This document shows positions 21,269 through 30,000 of a stretch of 64,000 nt of DNA, piece after piece (within the stretch, counting starts at the first letter, position 1; every line of letters starts with the position of its first letter). Source of the DNA: a virus; IMG/VR virus record IMGVR_UViG_3300032070_000613, positions 77,096 through 141,095 of that record, one strand, 5' to 3'. A model generated the notes under the pieces. That model made no database searches and was not told where the DNA came from. It saw nothing but the letters and a program-made list of their open reading frames with translations. Made by a program: the position numbers and the translations under genes.

Positions 21269-22969
21269 ATGAATATAGATCCTCGTCATATTAAGCAAAT
21301 ATCAGATACTAAGGCAACATTATCTGGTGCTGGTCCAAAAAGATTAAAAAAGAAGCAGATCGCTATTCAAGAAGATCTCTCTGCTAAAAGATTGTCTTTC
21401 AGAACATCTCTGAATGAATATGTCGAATGCGCAAATGTAGCTGATGCCACAGGCATTACCGGTCCTGCTGGTATACCAGGACCTACAGGGCCCTCAGCGG
21501 GTCCTCAGGGAGATACAGGATTACCAGGTCCTACGGGTATAGCAGGGACTTATGGGTTAACAGGATTGCCAGGGATACAGGGGCCTACAGGAGCTTTTGG
21601 TGGTGCTCCTGGAGAGACAGGATTGCTTGGGGCTACTGGCGTCCGCGGCATGACAGGTATTAACGGTCTTATAGGCAGTACTGGATCGCAAGGTTTAACG
21701 GGTGCGTCTGGTGTGACAGGTATTTCTGGAGTGACTGGTGATCAAGGAAATACGGGCGTCCAAGGTTTAACTGGTTCTCAAGGAGCTACTGGAGTATCTG
21801 GCGTTACAGGATTGTTTGGTGTGACTGGAGATCAGGGGAATACAGGAGTACAGGGTGCGACTGGTGTAGGTCTGCAAGGAGTCACAGGAATTGGTGTCAC
21901 AGGTCTCAGTGGGGTAACCGGCTCTCGAGGAGAGACGGGATCTCAGGGTCTCACCGGATTGATTGGAATCACAGGGCTCGAAGGGAGTACGGGTGTCCAG
22001 GGAATAACTGGTGAACCTGGTTTGACCGGTATGCCTGGAATCACTGGTCAACAAGGCGCACAAGGGCTCACAGGTATCATAGGGATTACAGGAGCTCTTG
22101 GGACTACAGGTTTTGTAGGAATTACAGGTTTTCAGGGAATAACAGGTCTGCAAGGATCCCAAGGGATAACTGGAGAACAGGGTGCTACAGGAGCTCTTGG
22201 GACTACAGGTTATATAGGAATCACGGGTCAACAGGGAGCTCAGGGGCTCACAGGTGTTATTGGGCTGACCGGATCTCAAGGCATTACGGGAGAGCCTGGT
22301 CTAACAGGAATTTTAGGCATTACAGGGATTGTTGGAGTTCAAGGTTTAACGGGAGATCAGGGATCTCAAGGATTGACTGGTACTATTGGATTAACAGGAA
22401 CTATTGGAATTACAGGACAGCAGGGAGTATTTGGATTAACGGGATATGCTGGTATCACAGGTCCTGAGGGAGCTGGTGGTAATACGGGAGCACAGGGAGT
22501 AACTGGGAATCAAGGAGAAACAGGAGCTGGAATTCAAGGATCGACGGGATTGCGGGGATCAACCGGGATGTCTGGTATTGGTAGTGCAGGAGGCGTCACA
22601 GGAATGATCAATATCACATTCAACGGTAATAGCAATCCTGTGTCTACAGGCGAAAAAACCATAATAAATCTACCGTTTAATTTACAGCTGGATGGCTGGA
22701 GATTTCTAGCGAATGCGACAGGGAGTATTTCTGTTGATATGGCCATCTCTAGCTATACTAATTATCCTTTTACAGGGCCTCTTATGCATGCCGGTTCTAC
22801 AGGTCCTTATATATCTGCTGGAATAAAAAATGAAGATACAGATCTGAGTGATTGGGTTAATGCAACGGGAGCGGCAGGAGAACTAATCAGAGTTAGTGTA
22901 GGATCCGTGACAGGGATTTCTATGGCATATCTTTCTTTAAATTATCATCAACTCTATAATGTCATTTAA
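21269..22969 (+). CDS. Collagen-like (Gly-X-Y, GxT-rich) fibre protein
   Basis: About 380 residues of Gly-X-Y triplets rich in GxT/GxQ, followed by a globular C-terminal domain. Confidence 0.85.
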   Translation: MNIDPRHIKQISDTKATLSGAGPKRLKKKQIAIQEDLSAKRLSFRTSLNEYVECANVADATGITGPAGIPGPTGPSAGPQGDTGLPGPTGIAGTYGLTGLPGIQGPTGAFGGAPGETGLLGATGVRGMTGINGLIGSTGSQGLTGASGVTGISGVTGDQGNTGVQGLTGSQGATGVSGVTGLFGVTGDQGNTGVQGATGVGLQGVTGIGVTGLSGVTGSRGETGSQGLTGLIGITGLEGSTGVQGITGEPGLTGMPGITGQQGAQGLTGIIGITGALGTTGFVGITGFQGITGLQGSQGITGEQGATGALGTTGYIGITGQQGAQGLTGVIGLTGSQGITGEPGLTGILGITGIVGVQGLTGDQGSQGLTGTIGLTGTIGITGQQGVFGLTGYAGITGPEGAGGNTGAQGVTGNQGETGAGIQGSTGLRGSTGMSGIGSAGGVTGMINITFNGNSNPVSTGEKTIINLPFNLQLDGWRFLANATGSISVDMAISSYTNYPFTGPLMHAGSTGPYISAGIKNEDTDLSDWVNATGAAGELIRVSVGSVTGISMAYLSLNYHQLYNVI

Positions 22970-23190
22970 AAATGACGTTGTGGGAGTCTAGGGAGCTTAT
23001 TCAATAAAATGAATATGCAGACGTTACAACCAAAGTTCAAGAACGTACCTACGGATGCTTCACTAGTCCGTAGCTCTACAACTCTACCATTAAACAGGAA
23101 CGAAAGCGCCAGTGTGGTAGAGAAAGTACTGAGTTGTAACAATCCCGAAGTGAATCTACGGAAACAGGTATCCGGACTTACAGTCATTGT
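22948..23190 (+). ncRNA. omegaRNA scaffold (copy 1), boundaries approximate
   Basis: Structured ~240 nt region directly upstream of the PLMP codons (CTACGGATGCTTCACTAGTCCGTAG hairpin, TAAACAG...CAGTG, AACAATCCCGAAG), conserved in three copies. Confidence 0.8.
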
Positions 23191-24367
23191 ACCTGTACTC
23201 TCTTTGGAGGGGAGTCCTCTAATGCCGTGCACTCCAGTTAAAGCACGGCACCTTTTAGAAAAAAGGAGAGCCCATGTCGTAAAACTAAATCCTTTTATTA
23301 TTAGATTGAATTTCAAGTGTGAAAGCATAGTTCAGGAAATCAGTTTCGGAATGGATGCCGGATACAAAAATATTGGATATTCAGCGATTACAGATACAAA
23401 AGAAATTTTATCAGGTGAAATAGCTCTGGATAATAAAACTAAAAGCAGAATGAACGAAAGAAAAATGTATAGAAGAAATAGAAGGTATCGTCTGAGGTAT
23501 AGAAAACCAAGATTCGATAATAGGGTAAAACCCGAGGGATGGCTCCCTCCCTCTATAAAGAGAAAATTTGATACCCATATAAATTTCATAAAAGGGCTCA
23601 AAAAAATGTTACCTATCAAAAAGGTCACAGTTGAGATAGGAAATTTTGATATTCAAAAGATAGAGAATCCCGATATCTCTGGAGTCCAGTATCAGCAGGG
23701 TGATTTATACGGGTATTATAATTTGAAACTCTATCTTTTGGAGAGGGAAAAAGGAAAGTGTCAACTCTGCGGGAAAAAATTCACTAAAGAAAATAAACCC
23801 CACATGCACCATATAAAACAAAGGAGTGAGGGTGGTACTAGTAGAGCTGAGGGTATCGCTCTTATACATAAAAGTTGTCATGAAGATTTGCATAAGAAAA
23901 AATTATTTCATAAATTGAAACCAGCTAAAGCTTATAAAGCAGAAACTTTTATGTCTATAGTTGGAGGGATGTTCAAGAAATTTTTAGATTGTGATGTTAC
24001 TTACGGATATGAGACGTGTGCTAAAAGAAAAGAGTTAGGTTTAGAGAAATCTCATGTGAATGATGCCTTTGTTATAGCCGGAGGGACTATTCAAACTAGA
24101 TGCCTACCTAGTATGATAGAGCAAAAGAGAATTAATAACAGGACTCTGCAGACGAATAGAAAAGGTTTTTCTTCTTCTATTAGGAAACAGAGGCATAAAA
24201 TACAAAATAGAGATTTTATTTGGATTAGTGGTAAAAAATATTTGAGTGGAGGCGTGGCTAGTAGAGGGACTCAGGTATATTATTTTGATGGGAGTGAGAA
24301 GAAACTCATCCCTTCTAAAAAGATTGAAAAAATTTATAATACTGATAATTTGATTTGGCTAGATTAA
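23009..24367 (+). CDS. iscB: RNA-guided endonuclease IscB
   Basis: PLMP motif, RuvC-I GMDAG, RRxRR bridge helix (RRNRRYRLRYRKPRFDNR), WLPPS, RuvC-II VEIGNFD, CxxC-HH HNH region, RuvC-III SHVNDA. Confidence 0.93.
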   Translation: MNMQTLQPKFKNVPTDASLVRSSTTLPLNRNESASVVEKVLSCNNPEVNLRKQVSGLTVIVPVLSLEGSPLMPCTPVKARHLLEKRRAHVVKLNPFIIRLNFKCESIVQEISFGMDAGYKNIGYSAITDTKEILSGEIALDNKTKSRMNERKMYRRNRRYRLRYRKPRFDNRVKPEGWLPPSIKRKFDTHINFIKGLKKMLPIKKVTVEIGNFDIQKIENPDISGVQYQQGDLYGYYNLKLYLLEREKGKCQLCGKKFTKENKPHMHHIKQRSEGGTSRAEGIALIHKSCHEDLHKKKLFHKLKPAKAYKAETFMSIVGGMFKKFLDCDVTYGYETCAKRKELGLEKSHVNDAFVIAGGTIQTRCLPSMIEQKRINNRTLQTNRKGFSSSIRKQRHKIQNRDFIWISGKKYLSGGVASRGTQVYYFDGSEKKLIPSKKIEKIYNTDNLIWLD

Positions 24368-24392
24368 ATGTCGTTATAGAGTTAAAAACAAT

Positions 24393-27053
24393 ATGTACCG
24401 TTTTCCTATAACAATTGATAAAACCAAAGTCCAGAGCGTCAATAACAGCACGAGCTTTATTGACGTATCAGGCAAAGTTTGGACTGCCGCTGGTAACGCC
24501 AAGCTGAGTACCGGAGACTATGAATTTGCTCCAGCTTCTGGTGTATTTGATGGCAATGGTGATTACATATCTACGCCAAGTCACACCGACTTTAACATGA
24601 CGGTTTCTGATTGTACGATAGATTTTTGGTTTAAAGCAAACTCATTTACTAATGGTTATCCTTTTTATACTACATCGGATACGCCAAACCCTACTTATGA
24701 TAATAATACCATGATATACCCATATAGTGATGGGCGTATTGGTATAGGTAAGCAAGGGTTAAATGAGATTGCATCTGCTGCAGGTACAATAACTACAGGA
24801 GTATGGACCCACGTAGCTGTAACAAGAACACAGGCTACAGGAGTTACTAAGATATATGTTAATGGCGTAGAGAAGGCAAGCAATACTACCGCTGTTTGGT
24901 CAAATTCATCCAAATCTACTTATATTGGCGGTATGCCAACTGTCCGATTTTTTAATGGCATGATTGATGAGTTTAGAATCTCGAAGGACATCGTTCGTTG
25001 GACTTCCGATTTTTCCGTTCCTACAGCCAGGCACACTTTAGATTCATATACAAAAGTTTTACTTCATTTTGGCGATGATATTACTAACTTTCCGTTTTTA
25101 TTCAATGAAGGATGTAGCAGTATTCCTTCCGGATTCTGGTCGCACGTCGTCGATACTGTTTCAGGTTTAGATATTCGATTTTTCGATACAGACGGAGTAG
25201 CTGAATTAAAGAGAGAGATCGTTCTATATAATTCTGGAACGAGTAAGGTTGAAGTATGGGTACAAATCCCATCACTGGGTACCGCTTCCAACAAAATTAT
25301 TTACTGCCAGTATGGGGGTGCTACTAGAGCTAGTGACTATGATTTATGGAACGTTTTCACGCCCAAAGGAATTTATCACCTACAGAGTTTATCTGATTCT
25401 TCCACGCAGAGTGTTAACCTGACCAATGTGGGCGCTTCTTCTACTACAGGAAAGATAGAAAATGGGTATAATTTTGATGGAAGCCACTATGTTTATAGGA
25501 CGGATACAGATGATAAACAAGATATAACAGGCTCATTTACCATGAGTGTTTGGGTAAATCCTACTAGTTTACCTAGTATAGTAGGAACTATCATAGCTAA
25601 AAGACTAAATGGTAGCGGAACACATAATTATATATTTGATGTTACATCCACTGGAAATGTAATTATCTATAACAACGGCCTTACTCCAGGATCTTTGACA
25701 TCAACGACAACCATATCAACTGGAATTTGGTCTTATGTAGCTGCTGTTTACAATGGCTCTACAGTAAAATTGTATATCAACGGAATTGAACGAGGGTCTC
25801 AATCTGTAACAGGAGCTCCTGTAGCCGATTCTGGACCCTTTGGGATAGGGGCAGATTATCCAGGCTCGTGGACAGATTTCTTTTCTGGAAAAATAGACGA
25901 AGCACGAGTTTTTGCATCCGCTTTTTCGGCTGATTGGATAAAAACGGAATATAACAATCAGAATGATCCCTCTACTTTTTCATTATGTAGTGCAGAAGAA
26001 GATGTTACAAGAGTATACAAATTTCCTATAACAATTGATAAGACTAAGGTCCAAGGTACAAATACAAATTTCGTGTATTTGTTTTCTGAACTCTGCTCAT
26101 CTATCCCTGCCGGTTTCTGGGCCCATGTAAAAGATTCAGGAGGATTAGACATAATATTTTTTGATACAGACGGTGTGACTGAGTTAAAAAGGGAAATAGT
26201 CCTGTATTCTACCGGCACGAATAAGGTCGAGGCATGGGTACAAATCCTATCACTGGGTACCGCTTCCAACAAAATTATTTACTGTCAGTATGGGGGCGCT
26301 ACCAGAGCCAATGATTCTACTCTATGGTCAGATGCCGAAGTAGTCAGTACATTCCACTATCAGGGAAATGCTAATGATTCTGGAGATAGCAACAACGGGA
26401 CAGTAACAGGAGCTGTACAAAATGACGGTAAAATACAGAAATGTTATAGTTTCGATGGTACAGGTAATAAAATCGCATCCGCTCATAATGCAAATCTAAT
26501 ACCAGCGAATATTTCACTATCTGCCTGGGTATATTGTAGGAGTTTTGTTGGAGCTACCGGTGGATATATGTGTGTCGTTAATAAAGGGCATGATGATGGT
26601 CTACATGGGTATGATTTTGAAGTAAAAGAAAATGGAACTAAATTTAATGTAGCTTGGTATATGGCACATAATGGAGACTACTCCACTCCACTTTCTTCTA
26701 CTAATACCTACGACAAAAATGCGTGGTACCATCTCGCTGTAACTTTTGACGGAACAGATGAAAAGATTTTTGTTAATGGAACATCGGACGGCACTAGAAC
26801 AGATGCTTTATCATCTACACAGAATACGGGGAATTTCACTGTAGGTCGATTTGCAACTGATGGCGTGGGTCTCAACAGATATTTTGATGGACTCATAGAA
26901 GAAGTAAGAGCCTATAATGTGGCTAAAACTACTGATTGGTTTAAAACAGAGTATAACAATCAAAACGATCCCGCCACATTTTCATCCTGTGGCGCAGAAT
27001 CATCTGTCATAGGAGAAGAAATTTTTACCGTATGGATACCAGGAATAATTTAA
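24393..27053 (+). CDS. Tandem LamG / DUF2341 protein (3 LamG, 2 DUF2341)
   Basis: GMIDEFRI, GKIDEARV and GLIEEVRA LamG ends; two GLDI.FFDTDGV.ELKREI domains. Confidence 0.8.
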   Translation: MYRFPITIDKTKVQSVNNSTSFIDVSGKVWTAAGNAKLSTGDYEFAPASGVFDGNGDYISTPSHTDFNMTVSDCTIDFWFKANSFTNGYPFYTTSDTPNPTYDNNTMIYPYSDGRIGIGKQGLNEIASAAGTITTGVWTHVAVTRTQATGVTKIYVNGVEKASNTTAVWSNSSKSTYIGGMPTVRFFNGMIDEFRISKDIVRWTSDFSVPTARHTLDSYTKVLLHFGDDITNFPFLFNEGCSSIPSGFWSHVVDTVSGLDIRFFDTDGVAELKREIVLYNSGTSKVEVWVQIPSLGTASNKIIYCQYGGATRASDYDLWNVFTPKGIYHLQSLSDSSTQSVNLTNVGASSTTGKIENGYNFDGSHYVYRTDTDDKQDITGSFTMSVWVNPTSLPSIVGTIIAKRLNGSGTHNYIFDVTSTGNVIIYNNGLTPGSLTSTTTISTGIWSYVAAVYNGSTVKLYINGIERGSQSVTGAPVADSGPFGIGADYPGSWTDFFSGKIDEARVFASAFSADWIKTEYNNQNDPSTFSLCSAEEDVTRVYKFPITIDKTKVQGTNTNFVYLFSELCSSIPAGFWAHVKDSGGLDIIFFDTDGVTELKREIVLYSTGTNKVEAWVQILSLGTASNKIIYCQYGGATRANDSTLWSDAEVVSTFHYQGNANDSGDSNNGTVTGAVQNDGKIQKCYSFDGTGNKIASAHNANLIPANISLSAWVYCRSFVGATGGYMCVVNKGHDDGLHGYDFEVKENGTKFNVAWYMAHNGDYSTPLSSTNTYDKNAWYHLAVTFDGTDEKIFVNGTSDGTRTDALSSTQNTGNFTVGRFATDGVGLNRYFDGLIEEVRAYNVAKTTDWFKTEYNNQNDPATFSSCGAESSVIGEEIFTVWIPGII

Positions 27054-27076
27054 TAAAATATGGATCGTGAAAAATA

Positions 27077-30000
27077 ATGGATATAAACGTTTTAAATAAA
27101 ATCAATAATAAAAAATTCAAGAGCGGTATCGAATATCAAAAGCAGCTCCTGCAGATCACACGCTCTATTCAGGATATGCTGCTGCAAGGCCTCCCCAGCA
27201 ACTACTCCAAAGATCATAATACAAACCTGGCTGAATTTTTCAGAGCAGTATCTAAAGAATTCGCCCGACTCCAAACATCATCCTCCGACGTAAATGAAGA
27301 CAAATATAATGATGAAACACGTGTAGAATATCTATATCAGATCCTGGGAGACTCGCTCTTCCTGGGAGAAAAAGCAATCAATGAAAACCTCAACGACGCA
27401 GCCTATAGAGATTTCCTGCTCAAAGTAAGAAACGCCTACTATGAAGGCAGCCGCAAACAAAACCTGGAAGACGCCGTCTCAGATATCATAGGCCTCCCCG
27501 TCACTATAAAAGAACTCTATCTGGACCTGAGAAAAAAGAACTCTTTCTATGGCCTCAAAGATACACACAAAATGTTCTTCGATATCCTCATGGATGACGT
27601 CACCGCCGCCTCATCCATAGGCCTCATACTCGAAGATATAAAATTTTTCATAGACCTCATAAAACCCGCCCACACTATCTACGACACCCGCCTGATATGG
27701 ACAGACACCCTCACTAACAGAGACGGTGAATGTAAACCGTCCTATATAAAAGAGGACATGGACTATGTAATATACGGCACGTCCCGTATCTACCAAGTCA
27801 CCTACCTCGCTAGCAAAATTTATAAATTCTCGGGCACAGACCCAGCAGAAACCTGGGTAGAAGGCACTATCCAGACCATAGACCTGAATAAAGGAATATT
27901 CTATCTAACCGACAATAGAATACTCGTCTATAACGCTGACACCCTCCTCTATTTGAGAGACGGTACCGGAGACCACGAAATACTCCCTGAGGCATTCTCT
28001 GTAGGAGACGTGATCAAATACTATGCCACTAAAGATGCCGCGGCCAGCTCTGAGATCATAGACAGCACCTGGGGATACACGGGAATAATAGATGATTTTT
28101 ATCTATCAGAAAATTTGATCACACTAACGGATGGATCAGGAATAATTTTCAATAACGATACTCTGGCCTATACGAGAGACTATAACGGAGAATATCGTAT
28201 AGAGGTAGAGGATCTGACCTCAAATCGTGAGATAGCGTATAAAGCTGAAAGAAATACTCAATCCTATAAGTTCTATAGGAAACCAGCAGCAGTACAGAGT
28301 AATTTTTTCAAACAATTCGATAGCGCCGTCATAGAAAAGCCCTCTTTTCAAGACTACGTAGAAAAAAATAAAGAGATACCCCCAGGGACTCATGAAGGAT
28401 ATGACGTCTATGTAATAGACGGCGTAGCGACAATAAAAAATATCTCTACGATGTTTTATAAGAGGGATGACTCCAAAAGTAATAAAGAAATTGAGATCAA
28501 CAAATACACACTCTATATAGACAATGAGCTCCAGAAACAATTCGAGATGGATGACGCCCCGAGGACGCTGACTCAGGATGAAGCTAAAAATGTTTTTATT
28601 ACCGCCTACGGATATACTGGGCTGCAGGAGCCCGACGTCAATTATAGAATAGACATAACAACGACCGGGGAGCTGATCCAGGACGGTCCCTCATCTACAG
28701 TGCAGACTATAGGCGATCATACTGAGATGTGCGATCGAAAAGCTGCCTGTCAGCTGGTACCCCTGTATGAGGATACCCGTAAATATTTCACATGGCCTGA
28801 TCTGCAGCTGACCTCCGGATTTTTTGATATAACATTTGGATTTACTGGCGGCGTGGGTATAGAGGACACCATAGACGATACCCTACCTATCACAGAAGAT
28901 GTCGTGGATGAAGATGTAGACACGATAGAAGACATCGTGGAATACGGTATGGGCTCGGGTGATGACGCATATGATGTACCGGGAGCCTATTATACTTTTA
29001 CGGGTATCAGTGAGCTATCCTCGAGTACTATATATTTCGGACCGAATCCTTTAAACGTACCCACATGGCATTATATATCCTCTGATCCTAATTTATACCA
29101 GATGCCCTACCTGCCTATGCTGGGGGCTGACGGACTCCCTGCAGAGGCCAGCGATGTGACAGTGTATGTCAGCGGTAAAAAGGTAGATGATGCTATATCC
29201 TCTATCGATCCCTGGAATGGTATAGTCTCTCTGAATTTTATACCGCCCTACGATACTAAACTCAGGATTGATTATTACTATTCCAAGAGATATCCGGATC
29301 CAGTTTATTATCTGAAACAGGTGATTTCTAAAACAATCCAGGCCGCGCCAAATAATATAGCAGGCATTTTTAACGTGATCAATCCAGGCGGTCTGGTATC
29401 ACACCTCACGTGGCCTTTTGCAGTGACGGATCCGGCACTCTACGGAGATGACCAGGACTATCAGATGAACAAGTTCCCGATGCTGAATAATAAAGGGGAA
29501 CTCGTCACAAAAGAAGAAATATCGGTTTTCGTGGGATCCGCTATAGTATCCGGCACAATAAAAGTCACCGAAACCGACGAAACCGGCAGCACTCTGAAAA
29601 ATATGAGTGGTGAGGACTGGACTCCCGTGGCAGATGGTGACGTGATCATCATACAGGCAGAGAACTATCTGGATAATACGCTGATCTATGTAATCGAAAG
29701 CGTAGATGCTGTAAACGACACTCTCCGCCTGCCGAATTCTCTACCAGTGCTGGACGCCAGCTATCCCTATACTATTATACGTTTCATAGAGGTACCGGAC
29801 GCCGTGGACGACGTCCGTCCTCTGCTGGGACACGTGCGACTGAATTTCATACCCCCAGTGAATAGCTATATACGGGTCAATTATTATTATACTCCGTATG
29901 AGAGAGATTATCTCATGATGCCTGATGCTCCTGTCACGGGTCTCACTCCTGGAGTGGACTATGGAGCTAGTAGCTATACGCCTGATACGTTCTATGGATC

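Larger units (their letters stand above)
22948..24385 (+). mobile_element. IscB/omegaRNA element, copy 1 (IS200/IS605-related, non-autonomous)
   Basis: Ends defined by homology to copies at 48504 and 60332; imperfect terminal inverted repeats 22948-22969 / 24364-24385; no transposase inside. Confidence 0.8.

Noticed and set aside
7789-27053. Diversity-generating retroelement acting on fibre genes
   Set aside because: No reverse transcriptase in the window, and repeat differences are not adenine-specific.
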